DNA of 64,000 nucleotides from Octopus vulgaris. Its lineage: Eukaryota. Positions 13,251-29,153 of the stretch are shown here, in pieces. The first letter of the stretch is position 1. The number at the start of each line of letters is the position of its first letter. The notes under the pieces were generated by a model. The model did not search any database. It had not been told where the DNA came from and was given only the letters and a program-made list of their open reading frames with translations. The stretch lies in NCBI GenBank assembly GCA_951406725.2, contig OX597819.1:48670001-48734000 (forward strand), in the 5' to 3' direction. The translations under genes were made by a program, and so were the position numbers.

Positions 13251-13879
13251 AGCAAAATTGATATCCTAAAACCACCTTGGTGATGCTTGTCCATGAGGAG
13301 CTCTGCCCTGCAACCCCACCCACCACATTTCATCCCCTAACACCCATCACTACCTCTATCTCCTAAGAGTAGAATAGGCACATACTATATATCCCCTGGC
13401 TTTCTCAGTTACCTTTCCTCTCCCTCCTCAGTTACTTTTCATCCCCTGCCTACTGTCTCCACCAATCACCTCTTTTCTGCTTCTTCTCTCTGCTCCCTGT
13501 GCTGCTCTCCATCATCAATCCTCATTTACCTGCTATCATCCTCAGTACCTTCCACATATCTACTGTAACCCCTGGCTCCGACCCTCTCCTGCAATTCTCT
13601 TCATCATATGCTACAGTCACCTCTTCCTGCCCACTCACCCAGTTGAAGCCACTATATCACCTCACCTATTCACACCACCTTCAGTGCCTGTTGAGGACAT
13701 GTCCTGACATATTCCTGCCATCATCTCTCTCACTATAACTCCTTTTATTTTACTATCCATCTCTCTTTTGTTTACATGGGGTATCCATGTATCTGCTCTA
13801 CAGCAAGATGCCTATAGATGTCCCTTCTATACCTTAAATCTCTCAACTGGGACAAAGCCACACCATCTTAATACTACTC

Positions 13880-14205
13880 CCCACCTCTCGGTTGAAGAAT
13901 TTTTGTCATGTAAAGGTACCTGGTGACCCTATCAGTGATGGTACCATATAAAAAGCACTGGTAATGGTGCCACTTAAAAAGCACTGGTGCTGGTGCCATG
14001 TAAAAAGCACTGGTGCTGATGCCACATATAAATGCACCCAGTACACTCTGTACAATGGTTGGTGTTAGGAAGGGCATCCAGCTGTAGAAACCAAGCAAAA
14101 ATAGACAAATAAATCTAGTGCTTTTCCCAGTCTTGCCAGCTCCTGTCAAACCATCTAACCCATGCCAGCATGGAAATTGAATGCTTGATGATGATGATGT
14201 TGATG
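13880..14205 (+). mobile_element. RTE-tail repeat with about 22-bp tandem units
   Basis: Repeated GGTGCCA..TAAAAAGCACT, then GTTAGGAAGGGCATCCAGC and (GAT)n. Confidence 0.7.
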
Positions 14206-14609
14206 TTCAAACACTCACATAATGGCTGTCAACTCATAGACAGGTGTGACCATCACTGACAAAGCAATGTCTGTGCAAAATTTTAGGTCCAATAAAGTTT
14301 GTACAACACCTCATAGATTTTTTTCCACCCTATTAACATGACTCTGAGATGAGCTGAGGTAAGATATCTTGTACTAATATGGGTCAGAAGCTCAAGAATT
14401 TAGGAGCACCATGATCTCAAATGCAAGCAAATCATCCTCAGACTGTCTATATTAATGACTCAACCATGCAATAGGTTGTGCTGGATTATCTGTTACCAGA
14501 AGTACTCATGAGTGACCTCATAAATGACCTGACATACACACACATATATATCTATATCTATATCTATCTATATATATATATATATATCTATATACACATG
14601 TAATTGGGT

Positions 14610-14886
14610 ACTCTATTGATTATGACAATGAGTGTTCCAGTTGATTCAGTCCATGGAACAGCCTGCTCATGAAATTAATGTAATTCCAGGGAGATTTAGC
14701 ATGATATATAGAATGTGACAAGGCTGGCCCTTTGAACTCCAGGTAGAATTCATTTTTCCCAGCTGAGTTGACAGAAGCAGTGTGAAATAAAGCATGTTGC
14801 TTAATACACAACACACCACTAGAAATTGAACCCATGACCTTATGATTGTGAACTGAATACACAAACCACTAAGCCATGCACCTTCA
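14610..14886 (-). mobile_element. tRNA-derived SINE family D
   Basis: Homologous to 40425-40742 and 52210-52490. Confidence 0.65.
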
Positions 14887-15177
14887 CTATACATACATGT
14901 ATACATACAGACAGACACACACACACACATGCATGCATGCACACACATATGATACTGCTTATTTATTTAATTATTTAAAAACATACAGAATTTTGTGAAT
15001 AATAGAATCATTAGTTATGAAGTTCCATGTAATCATTGGTTCACTGCATTTCCCAGTGGTGAAAAGAACGAGGGATTGTCTATTCAATTCAGGCCAAGCA
15101 AATATCACACAAGGGAATTTTGCTTGATGAAAGCACCTTCTATTGATTTTCTCATCATTGCTTATATTTTTTTGCAG

Positions 15178-15215
<38 letters not shown>

Positions 15216-15216
15216 C

Positions 15217-16021
15217 ATCATCATCATCATCATCATTGTCGTTTAACGTCTGCTTACAATGCTAGCATGGGTTGGATGGTTTGACTGAGGACTGGCAAGC
15301 CAGAAGGCTGCACCAGGCTCCAATCTCATCTGGCAAAGTTTCTACAGCTGGATGTGCTTCCTAATGCCACTCACCCTGAGAATGTAGTGGGTGCTTTTTA
15401 CGAGCCACTGGCATGAGGGCCAGTCAGGTGGTACTGGCTTCGACTATGCTTGAATGGTGTTTTTTATATACCAATGACATAGGAGCCAGTAAGGCTTCTC
15501 TGGCAACAACCACGCTCGAATAGTGCTTTTTACATGCCACCAGCATGAGTACCAATCAGGTGGTACTGTCATTGGCCATGACAATGACTGCACTTGTCTC
15601 AACAGATCTTCGCAAGCACAGTTTATTGCTCAATGATTGAAGGGTACTCTTAAATGGGCCAGTTATGTTGCACTGGCAAATGCCACAGTTACGGTCTTAC
15701 TTGGCTTGCTGGGTCTTCTTGAGCACAACATCTCTCCAAAGGTCTTGGTTACTTGTCATCGCCTTGGTGAGGCCCAACATTCGAAAGTCATACTTCACCA
15801 CCTCATTCCAGGTCTTCCTGGGTCTACCTCTTCCACAGGTTCCCTCTACTGCTAGGGTGTGACACTTTTTTACACAGCTGTCCTCATCCATACATAGCAC
15901 ATGAGCATACCAACACAGTCATTTCTCTTGCACACTACATCTGATGCTTCTTATGTCCAACTTTTCTCTCAGGGTGCTTACACTCTGTCATGTATGCATA
16001 CTGACATTACACATCCAGTGG
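15217..16021 (-). mobile_element. 5'-truncated RTE-clade LINE (ORF end, 3' UTR and GAT tail)
   Basis: ORF 15697-15900 DSCVKKCHTLAVEGTCGRGRPRKTWNEVV...DLWR is a typical RTE C-terminus. It is contiguous with the tail family. Confidence 0.88.
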
Positions 16022-16024
16022 AGC

Positions 16025-16066
<42 letters not shown>

Positions 16067-17427
16067 ACACACATACATATAAATATGTAGCCCCTATTGT
16101 ACCTACTTAGAGTTAAGAGAGCTGACAAGAAAGTCTCTATGATGGCATTCAACCTACGAGAAGCAATCATCATCATCATCATCATCGTTGCTAACTCTTA
16201 TTTGTTTCCTAGCAAGGCCAGGCCTGTTTTAGTAGAATGTTGAAAATGAATGATATCGTTAACAGCAATCATGTAATGTCAAGACAAGGAGACACAAATA
16301 TTCATCCACTACATACATACATACATCATCATCATCATAATTATCTTCACCACCACCACCACCACCATTATCATTTAAAGTCCGTTTTCCATGCTGATAT
16401 GGGTTGGATGGTTTGACTGGAGCTGGCAAGTCAAAAGCTTGATTGTCGGTTTTGGTGTAATTCCTATGGTTGGTTGCCCTTTCTAACACCAACCATTTTA
16501 TAGAGTGTGCTGCGAGAGGGGAGTAGTATTGAGGGAGGTGGCATTGTGTCAGGTGATGAAAGGTTAGGGTATGAATAGGGAGACAGAAATAGGTGCCTTA
16601 CATTAAAGGAGATACCTTGGTAAGAGAGAGGTGGAAGGGAGGGGAAGGAATATATGATGGACTTCTTTCAGTTTCCATCTACCAAATTCATTCAGAAGTC
16701 TTTGGTAAGTTCATGGCTATAGTAGAAGACACTTGCCCAAGATCCCATGCAGTGGGACTGAACCTGAAACCATGTGGTTGGGAAACAAACTTTTCTCACT
16801 ACTGTATTGAGAAATAAATGTCATCTTTTCTCTTCTATCTTTCATTTGTTTCAGTTAAGAAAATGGGGCACCACCTTGAATGAATTGACCCCACTTATTT
16901 TTTTAAGCTTGGTATATATTCTATTGGTCTCTTTTCATTGAACTGCTAAGTTACAGGGATGTAAACACACCAAGACCGGTTGTCAAGTAGTCATAGGAGA
17001 CAGACACAGACTCAAAGACACACACACACATAGGTATATATAAGATAGGCTTCTTACAGTTTCTGTCTACCAGATCTACTCACAAGGCTTTGGTTGGCCT
17101 GAGGCTATATTAGATGTTTACCCATGGTGCCATGCAGTGGGACTGAACATGGAACCATGTGGTTGGCAAGCAAACTTCTTACCATACAACCACATCTGTG
17201 CATATGTTATGTTTGAAAAACAAATGAATTGGTCATCATAGGAATGTCTTTGACTGTAGGTTGTTTCAGTCACGGTTGATAGTGAGTTAAACATCTTAGA
17301 GCTAGGTTGATTTGGCAGTGAAGAGCTAAGGATGCTTCCATAGACATAACACACTACCACACGATGATGTCTGTGGAAACCTTTCAACTCAGTTATTCAT
17401 ACATCTTTGTTTTGTTACTTTGGTTAA

Positions 17428-17925
17428 CTCCTTTGATACAAGCCAACCTGATATTACTATTGGTTTATGATACACGACCTCAGGTTTTTATAGTTTTCAA
17501 ATTTACAGTAAAAAGAAAAAAGCAAAGCATTCCAACATAATTTTATGTAAGAAACTATTTTTAGGTTAATTTCAAAACATCAGCTTGATATACCAATAAA
17601 CGAAAAAGTTAGCAATCTTACTAAATCCATCTGAATTATTGATTATTTTCAAAATTAACCGAGAGACACAAGCGGTGTATTTCATTGGAAATATGATGGG
17701 GTGCTGAAAAGTTTCTGGCTTTAAGGGTATCACAAAAGTCCTGGTTGGAGGCCCATCCTTCTGAGTTCTTTTACAGGACTTAGGAAAACTGAAGGACTGC
17801 TGCAAAAGTGTGTGAATCCGAGAAAGGAATATGTTGAATAAAATCATAATTAACTGATCCTCCTGTATTTTCTTTTACTCAAAGCCAGGAACTTTTCAGC
17901 TCCCCCTCATATGTATATGGAAGGG
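17428..17925. mobile_element. piggyBac-type MITE containing a nested mariner MITE
   Basis: TTAA|CTCCTTTGATAC ... GGAAGGG|TTAA. Confidence 0.55.
17694..17909. mobile_element. Internally deleted mariner / MITE
   Basis: TIRs TGATGGGGTGCTGAAAAGTTTCTGGCTTT / AAAGCCAGGAACTTTTCAGCTCCCCCTCA, with TA flanks. Confidence 0.8.
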
Positions 17926-19089
17926 TTAAATCACAGTTTCTTTGATATGAAGTTCACCAATATTATATCCCTTAAGAAGACCATTGAAAAATTTCAGTAA
18001 AATATCTCTGAGATCCTATTACAGTCATTATAAGCTAGGTCCAGAAGCAGACATGCTTTCTTCAAAATTTCCTTTATTTCATAAAAATTAAATTAAAATT
18101 ACATTTTTTATCTGAAGTAGTAGACAAGCTCTGTTATCTTATCTCCCCACTTCTAAATTCCCTAGTTACCACTTAAAGGTTGTGAGAATTTCATCATAAA
18201 GAACCTATTCCCTGCTTTAATCGATTTTCATCAGGATAATGGGATCAATTTGATGTGTCTAATTTGACAGGAAGAAAGATAAGCGAAGAATGAATCCAGA
18301 AAAGAAAAACAAGTGAACAACACAAACAGACATTCTCTCTTATACGATACTGTAAAGAAAACCTAGCATCATTACATAGGTGAATAACTTAAAATAGAAA
18401 ATGAGTTTAATTATATAATGAGTGTTAATGGCTTCCATCTTTTTTAAAATTTTATTCAGTTTTCAGATTGTCATGTCTATTGTAAGTAAGAGCAAAGAGA
18501 ATTTAAAGTCTCTTTTTCCAGGAGGTTAATTTATTTAAATGCTTTTTGTTGTTGTTAATGAAGTGTAAAGTAACTGGGATCGCACACGCACCTTTAAAAA
18601 CACAACGCAGCAGAATGCACACAGAGATAGAGACAGAGACATACAAAGAAGCAAAGAAATCAAAAACATGATGGTGGGAAAGATTCTAAACACCATCTGT
18701 ACACATCTTTCTCTTCCTTGTCACATAGCAGCCATTCTTATCAGGTTATAATCAGTGTAGAATAGTCTCAAACCAACTTACTAATTCAGACGTATACACA
18801 CACACAAACATTAACACAATGCACACAGTAACTAGACTCCAACATCGTAGTCTGACTCCAAATGGTTTGCACAAGCTAAAAAGCTAAACATTCATTATAT
18901 AACATGTAATGTGTGTATGTGCATGCCTGTCACTCTCTCTCTCTCTTTATATGTGTGTGTGTGTATGTATATATATATATCTGTATATATATACATACAT
19001 ATATATATATATCTGTATATACATACATACATATATATATATATATCTGTATATATACATACATACATATATATATATATTCTGTATAT

Positions 19090-19153
<64 letters not shown>

Positions 19154-19214
19154 ACATACATATATATATATATATGTATGTATGTATATATATGTGTATG
19201 TATATATATATATA

Positions 19215-19592
19215 TTCTTTTATTTGTTTCAGTCATTTGACTGTGGCCATGCTGGGGGACCACCTTTAGTCAAACAAATCGACACCCAGTACTTATTCTT
19301 TGTAAGCCTAGAACTTATTCTATCGGTTTCTTTTGCCAAACTACTAAGTTACAGGGACATAGACACACAAACATCAGTTGTCAAGTGATGGTGGTGGGGA
19401 CAAACACAGAACATAAACACACACACACATATATATGATGGGCTTCTTTCAGTTTCCATCTACCAAATCCACTCATAAGGCGTTGGTTGGCCTGAGGCTA
19501 CAGTAGAAGACACTTGCCTGAGGTGCCATGCAGTGGGACTGAACCTGGACCCGTGTGGTTGGTAAGCAAGCTACTTACCACACAGCCACTCC
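19215..19592 (-). mobile_element. CORE-like SINE family A, full length
   Basis: Reverse complement of 1683-2100. Confidence 0.85.
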
Positions 19593-20414
19593 TATATATA
19601 TGTTTGTATGTATGTGTGTATGCATGTATGAAGTATGTGTGTGTGCATTTTGTTTCAGTTATTGAACTTATTGTATCAGACTCTTTCACCAAACTGTTAA
19701 GTAATGAGGGACATAAACAAACCAACACTAGTTGTCAAGTATTAAGAGGGAGGGGACAAACATAAACAGAAAGAAACAGATACACACATACACACACACA
19801 CATGCACACACTCACATATGCATACTCACACATGTATACACACATACACACATGCATATATATATGTGTATATGATGGGGTTCCACACAGTTTCCATTTA
19901 CCAGATTCGCTCACAAGGCATTGGTTGACTTGGGATTATAGCACAAAACACTTGCCCAAGGTTTTGTACATTGAGGCCAAACCCCAAACCACTTGGTTGC
20001 CAATCAAGCTTCTTAACCACATATATATGTTATTGATAACATCTAGAAGATGTTTCTTTTCCACTCACCAAAGTGAATGGAGTTTTGCCAGAAGGAACTG
20101 ATATCAGATGGCATCCAACGGTCATCAGATGTTTTGACCCTTAACCAAACACCCTTCGGTTGGTGGGTCAGCAGTAATAGCCAACTCACTGCTCATCTTC
20201 TCCTCCTTGCTTCCAGCCTAATTCCTCTATCTTGCTCCATAACCAGCAAGAGGATTTTTCTGCTGCCTCTCCCATTCTGTGCACAGCACCCTTTGCTCTT
20301 TCCTCTTATTCCAATGGCTATAAACATCCTCCGTACTGACTGGGCAGGGAATATCCTATAGCCATCCTCAACTGGGAAAAATAGGCCTAATCACACCTTT
20401 CTTGTCACAGGACT

Positions 20415-20487
<73 letters not shown>

Positions 20488-20489
<2 letters not shown>

Positions 20490-20740
20490 AGGTGCGTGGT
20501 TTAGTGGTTAGGGTGTCAGCACCATGATCGTAAGATTATGGTTTCAATTCCTGGACTGGGTGACGCGTTGTGTTCTTGAGCAAAACACTTCATTTCATGT
20601 TACTCCAGTCCACTCAGCTGGCAAAAATGAGTAACGCTGCGATGGACTGGTGTCCCATTCAGCTGGGGAACACATATGCCATAGAAACTGGGAAACTAGG
20701 CCCATGAGCCTGGCTAGACTTTAAAAGGGCACATTTATTT
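20488..20740 (+). mobile_element. V-domain-like SINE family B, full length
   Basis: GGAGGTGCGTGGTTTAGTGG tRNA head, GCTGCGATGGACTGGTGTCCCATTCAG, and T-rich tail. Confidence 0.85.
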
Positions 20741-21048
20741 TATTATATGTATATGTATATTGTGCTCTCTTCTACAGAGTAGCTGCAGTAGCAAACAAAA
20801 TTTGCTTGGATGTGTGAGACAACCTGCCACTTGACTGCTTCCAACCAATGAGAATCAACTCAACTAGTCTCTTATCAATACAATTCAATACAATTCCTTC
20901 ACTGGAAATATTCCCTGAGCAAAAGAAGTATTAAAACTTCTGAGGAAATTAAAATCTCAAAAAAGAGATAGGTGATGACGGAAAAAACAGAATAAAATTA
21001 AATAATCAAGTTGCACTTCCTACAGAAGTCAAATCTAAAAAGGGGAGA

Positions 21049-23503
21049 TGTTATGGCAGGAGAATGGACTAGCTGAACTTGTATAGGTAGCAGTGTGTTT
21101 GACTGAAAGTGAGAGATGAGAAATTGCAGAAAGTCGAAAGGTGTCATTTGTGAGTCTGTGGAGTGGCAGGAAATTATCGAGTTGTTATAGTTTGTTGAGA
21201 GTTGTTTTGGCTTGGTTACAGTTGTTGGCAGAGTATTTGGGAAGATACTAAATGGAGACAGTTGGTGTCTACTTTGTCCTGTGGTACAATGTATCACACT
21301 GCATTGGTGCATGACGCTAAGGTGACATATACAGAAACCACGTTATAAGTGGTGACATGTGATTTGAAGCTTACATTGATCATTAACAATTTTTTATGAT
21401 ATAAAATATTTGTTAATTATGGAAGACATATTACAGTTGCAAAAGCAACAGCAACAGTGGCTGCTACAACAACTACAACAACTACAAAACAATCAGTTGC
21501 TGGAACTAATATTGAAGTTGGGAAACACTGCAAGTTTGTTTTTGCCAGACAGCGTAGCGAATGCTATAACAGAATTTAGTTATAGCTCAGAAGAAGGTAT
21601 AACTTTTTTCAGTGTACTTCAGAAGATACGAAGAAATCTTCAAGGAAGAATGCAAGTGTTGGACATGATGAAAAAGTGAGACTACTTTTATGGAAACTAG
21701 GTCCTTTAGAGCATGAAAAATACTGCAATTTTATCTTGTCTAAAAAAAACAAGTGAAATTAGTTTTGAGGAAACAATTGAGTTGCTATCCTAAATGTTCA
21801 GCGACAAGAGTTCCCTGTTCAACACTCGCTGGGAATGTTTGAATTTAGTAAAAAATGAGGACAAAGATTTTGTCAGTTATGCTGGAATTGTAAATAAAAT
21901 GTGCAAAAAATTTAAGCTGAAGGAATTATCTCCAGATGTATTTAAATGCCTCATCTTTGTGGCATTTATTGATACCGATAAATGGAGCAAAATGAGGAAA
22001 CCTACATTAAAGAAAACACCGAAAAGTGTGCGAGGCATCACAGGTGAAAGATTACACTTCTTAGGCAAAATGGTAAGTGACCTTACATTTTGTGGTAAAA
22101 CCTGTAAAGCAAAAGTGTTTGTGTTAAAAAATGCAACTAACTTGTTCATTACTGACTGGATGTAGTTGCTTGATTTATGGGATCTCCCCATAAATCTGTT
22201 CTGTAAAAACATAAATAATTGTTCCTCCAGTAAGAATAAAACAGATGAATTGAAGAAAAAATTTAAAAAGTGCTTTTCCTGAAGCGTTGTTGGATGAATT
22301 AGATTTATGTACTAAAACTGAGATGTGTTTCCAAATTAAGGAACATGCAATACCAGTGTTCAAACCAAAAAGAATGGTATCTTTTGCTGCAATAAAACAT
22401 GTCGATGGAGAATTAGACAGATTAGAAGAAATTGGAGTCATCCAAAAAGTAGAACATGCAAAATGGGCAATGGTGTGTATTAAAAAAACGAATAACAAAA
22501 TCAGGGTGTGTGCTGATTTTTCCACTGGCTTGAATGAATGTCTGAAAATGTGTCATTACCTGCTACCTACTCCGGAGGATATTTTTGCAAAGTTAAACAG
22601 GGGCAAGATATTTTTGAAACTGGATCTCTCCGATGCATTCCTACAAATTAGAGTAGACGAGGGATGTTCAAAATACTTAACAGTGAATACACATAAAAGA
22701 CTATATAAATATAACAAATTACCATTTGGTTTAAATTTCACATCTGCAATTATTCAACAGGTTATGAATGCAATGTTAACCGACTGTGAATTTGCAATTC
22801 CATACCTGGATAATATATTAATTAAAAGTGAATCTTGTGATCAGCATGTTGAGCATGTAAAATGTGTTTTTTTGAAAAATAAGAGATTACTGTTTCACAC
22901 TGAGAGAAGAAAGATATGAATTTTTCTTACCTAAAATTAAGTATTTAGGACAAATTATCGACAGGAATGGATGATGACCAGACCCCTCCAACTAATATAA
23001 TGACCTTACAAGCTTTTCTAGGTCTAGCGAATTATCAAAATTATATATACCGAAAATGCATGAATTGAGAACTCCACTAAATAATTTGCTAAAAAAGGAT
23101 GTAAAATGGAATTGGTCAAATAATTGTCAAAAGGTATTTGATGATATTAAAGAAATGTTAGTATCAGATTTGTTGCTGATTCATTTCAATCCTGCAGTGG
23201 AGATTGCTGTAGCTTCTGACACTTCAGAATATGGCATAAGAGCAGTAATGCTACACAAATACAAAGATGGTAATATGAAGATAGTGGTTCACGGCTCATG
23301 TTCTCTGATAGTAGCAGTGAGAAACTATAGTCAAACAGGGAAAGAAGCTCTACCGATCATTTTTGCCATGAAGAAATTTCACAGATTTTGCATGGTAGAA
23401 GTTTTCAGCTACAGATTAATCGCTGACCATTATTATCAATTTTGGGGTTGAAGAAAGGAATTCCTACCCATACTAAAGTGACATATACAGAAACCATGTT
23501 ATA
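21049..23503 (+). mobile_element. Degenerate Ty3/Gypsy LTR retrotransposon (K02A2.6-like), integrase deleted
   Basis: LTR TGTTATG..CGTTATA (21049-21347) and PBS-like AGTGGTGAC. The last ~30 bp of the LTR recur at 23473-23503. Gag (SLFNTRWECLNL), partial protease, RT and RNase H relics. Confidence 0.9.
22287..23470 (+). pseudogene. Gypsy reverse transcriptase / RNase H relic
   Basis: KIRVCADFSTGLN, LDLSDAFLQI, LPFGL, YLDNIL (YxDD>YLDN), VASDTSEYGIRAV, NYSQTGKEALPIIFAMKKFH. Frameshifted. Confidence 0.9.
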
Positions 23504-24151
23504 AAAATATCACTGAGTTGAAATTGCTCGGCATGACATACTGAGCACCAGCAAAGTGAAACATACATTATATCATGTATTCTGTTCGTTTTTCTCAGGT
23601 TGTTATCCAGAACATTCACTGAGGTACATTCCATTTCAACTGGAGGAACCTCTCTTTCATATTGCCCAGTACCACATATTTGGGGCAGGTTTTTGTTTTG
23701 AAGATTTGACTTAACTCACTACGCCAAACACGAAGAATGCTGAAAGAGCTTTTCAGGCTCCTAGATAGAATTTTACTCAGAATGCAGAGAGCTGGATTAA
23801 ATATTACTAAGCATTTGGTTTAACATTCTTATAGTTTCATAAATCCATCTTCCTGGATTGGTACTGTTTTATCGCCATAAAAAAGATGAAATGCAAAGCT
23901 GACTTCAGTAGGATTTGATCTCAGAACAGAGAGTCAGAAAGAGTTCTGCAAGGCATTGTTTTGATGCTCTAATAGCTTGGTCAATTTATTATGTATGCAG
24001 TGTATTTGCATGTATGTATACACTTGTATATTTATGCGTACATTTGTATATTTTTACTTATACATATAAATATGTCTCTACTGGGATAAAGTTTCTATCA
24101 ATTTTTACATTAAACATAATTTCTCCACAAAAACAATAAACCATAATTATG

Positions 24152-24189
<38 letters not shown>

Positions 24190-24268
24190 CCATACACATG
24201 CTTACACACACACACACACAAACTGACATACAATCATTTATACATATATAAATGTAAGTATATATATG

Positions 24269-24371
<103 letters not shown>

Positions 24372-24868
24372 TGTGTGTGTGTGTATACATACATACATAC
24401 ATATATATATGGTAAGCTTTTATTTTTTGTTATTTTTACTAAAAACGAAAATGGGAATTCAGAAAAAGAACAGACGTTTCATTTACATTAACAAAACTAT
24501 TGATTTACAAAAGAGAGAGGAAAAACATATACATACATACTAAGCTAAATAAACAAACATTAAAAATAGAAATACAATTACAAATAAATAAATGAATAAA
24601 TAAATACAATTCTTTTCTGTCTATGTATAACAACTCCAGAGACATTCACTATCTAAAAGATGGTCACTGAAGGACCGAAAAAAAATAGCTGGGAAGAAAA
24701 AAGAAAAAAAAAAAAAATGATTAAAAATATACAACAGGAATCTTGTTGATTTATTTGTGACATTTATAAGAATAAACAAGTCTGGCTATAAGCAAATAAT
24801 TGGAGTCATTGTTCTTTTAATATTCTTCAGATCTTAAAGAATTGAAAGAAGATACACACACACATATC

Positions 24869-24948
<80 letters not shown>

Positions 24949-24981
24949 TATTTAGATATATATATAGATATAGATATATAC

Positions 24982-25139
<158 letters not shown>

Positions 25140-25569
25140 GTATATATATATATAAATGTATATATATGCATTTGTATTTGTCTGAGTGTTTGTATATGAG
25201 TGAATCTGTAGTGTGAGTATATGTGTGTGTATGACTGTATATCGTGTATATGTGTGTGTGTATGCGTGTGTGTGTCAGACATTTTTGCGCTATAGGAAGA
25301 GTCATGCTGACACCTGCGAAACTGTATGGAAGAAGATATTGCAATCTGAAATAATCTGAAGCAGGAAGCAGTAAGCTGAAAATGGATGTAACAGAAAAAA
25401 AAAAGAAGAGATAAATAAATAAAAAAAAATTAATATGAAATGACAAACGGAGGAAAGAATAAAAAAAGAAAAAAAGAGGAAAGGATAGATTGGTTTGGAA
25501 ATATGTAAAAATGGAGAGAGTCTGTTAAGTAGACTTGTTCAACAAATGCTAACAGCTTTAAATGGACTT

Positions 25570-25597
25570 TAAAACTAAATGATGATGACAATGATAA

Positions 25598-25629
<32 letters not shown>

Positions 25630-26260
25630 ATGACAATGTAAGTGGTTATGGTGGTGGTGGTGGTGGTGGTGGTAGTGGTGATATAAATGATAATAGTGAT
25701 GGGCATGAAAATGATGATGATGATGATGATGATGTTAGTGAAGATGACAATGATGATAAGTGGTGACAGTGATGAGGATGTTGAGGATAATGATGATGAT
25801 GATGATAATGACAATAACAATGAAAGTGATAAGGATGACGGTGGTCGTGGTAGTAGCGGTGATGATGGTGGTGGGTGTGGTGGTGGTGGTGATGGTAGCG
25901 GTGATGATTATGATGATGATGATGGTACTGATGGTGGCAGTAGTTGTAGTGACAGTAATGATAATGGTGAGCCTGAAAATGATGATGATGATGACGATGA
26001 TGGTGATGATGATGGTAATGACAAAGAAAATGATTAAGATGATGGTAGTGGTGGTCAAAAAGGTGATGATGATGATGACGATAATGAAGTTGATGTTTAC
26101 AATGACAATAAGAATGCTTATTATTATGATGGTGTTATTGCTGTTGTTGTTGTTGTTGTTAGTAGTGGTAATGGAAGTGACAATAATGATGACAGAGTGA
26201 CAGTGGGCTGGTGTTGGTTGGCGGAGCAATGGTAATGATTGATGATGACGTTTGGTGATG
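25570..26260. repeat. Cryptic (GAT/GGT)n low-complexity tract
   Basis: Mixed trinucleotide repeats. Confidence 0.9.
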
Positions 26261-26548
26261 GGAAAGCATATTTTTGAAGGCATTTGGCGTAAGTTTCTTC
26301 AAAGTAGAATACTAAGTATATTCTTCGTATGCCTATTAGAGACATTCAAAACTCTGCACGAAATGTCTGCAAAAATATATAAATAAATAATTAAATAAAT
26401 AAATAAATAAATGAAAAGAAGTAAAAAAAAAATGTAAAAGCTATAATGAAGGACAACTTTTATAAACGTCTCAATTAGAGAAGATATAGAATATGAGATG
26501 AAAATTGCAATCATACTTTTAATTTATTTTGTTTAATTTTACCACCAC

Positions 26549-27927
<1,379 letters not shown>

Positions 27928-28498
27928 CACCATCATCATCATCTTCATAATCATCATCATTACCACCACCATCACTGGCACTGCTACCACCACCACCACC
28001 ACCACCACCAGCATCATCAAACACTTGTATTTCATGCTGGCTAGGGTTGGACAGTTTGACAGGGTTCATGTAAGCAGCAGAGCTGCGTCAGGTCCCATTG
28101 TCAACTTTCACATTGTTTCTTCAGCTGGATGCCCTTCCTAACAGAAACCCCTGTTAAGATGTGTACTGGGTGCTTTATTTTTTTTCATGGCACCAGCACT
28201 AATGAGGTCACCAGGTAACTTGCAAGACAAAGTAAGAAAAGGAAATGGAAGAAGCCCTTTTGGCTGAGTGGAAGTGCATTTGAAAGAGAGTTGGTGGTTG
28301 GCTTTTATGCATGGTGTTGGGGGTCAAAAATATGATAAAGGAACAAATACAGGTGTGCTGCTATAGAGAAGATACATTGTTTACTTGCATTAGATAATGG
28401 TGAATGAGAGTGTCTGGGAGGGAGGTAACGATGGTACTGAGGAGTGCCAGAGCATATTTTCAAGGTACAAGAAGGTGAGTATATGGGGGAATATAAAC

Positions 28499-29153
28499 AA
28501 GTAGTTCTCAGCTATGGATCCTAGGGTTGCATGCAGCCTTCAAGCATTCTTACAGTGGCCCTTGATGGTCTTCCCTCTATAAATATAACAAATCTTTCTT
28601 TAACTCTTTCAATATCAACCCAGCTGAGACCACTTCTAGCTCTGTAGTACAAATGTCTTGTTTTCAAAAATTTTGAATTAAATTCGTTCACCAAACCTTA
28701 GTCACAATTTATGTTCCTAACACCATCTTAATGATAACTAAGTTATTTTACTAAATTCTTTGTTATATTTAAAATTAATTGAAAAAAAAAACACAGAGCA
28801 TCTCAAAATAAATATGGAAACAAAAGGATTAATTGACTTGTGTTTTACTTTCTTTTGTGCAGCCCTTTAAAAAAAATCTAGGTTTTGTATCTGGCCCAGA
28901 TATTGTCTTCAAATTTTGACACAAAGCCAGGAGTTTCGGTAGGAGGGAGTAAGTTGATTACATCAACTCCAGTGCTCAACTAGTACTTATTTTATTAACC
29001 CTGAAAGGATGAAAGGTAAAGTCAATTTTGGTGGAATTTGATCTCGGAACAAAAAAATATGAAATGCTGCTAAGCATTTTATCCAGTGAGCTAACATTTC
29101 TGCCAGCTCACTGCCTTATCTGGCTCAGTTATCAAAAAGGTTGAGAATCACTG
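28499..29153. mobile_element. hAT-type MITE with nested piggyBac MITE (28604-28828) and SINE (28915-29117)
   Basis: AAGTAGTTCTCA / TGAGAATCACTG termini, degenerate 8-bp TSD ATATAAAC / ATATAGAT. Confidence 0.6.

Noticed and set aside
25687-26283. Acidic Gly/Asp-rich protein
   Set aside because: Cryptic microsatellite like the other tracts in the window.
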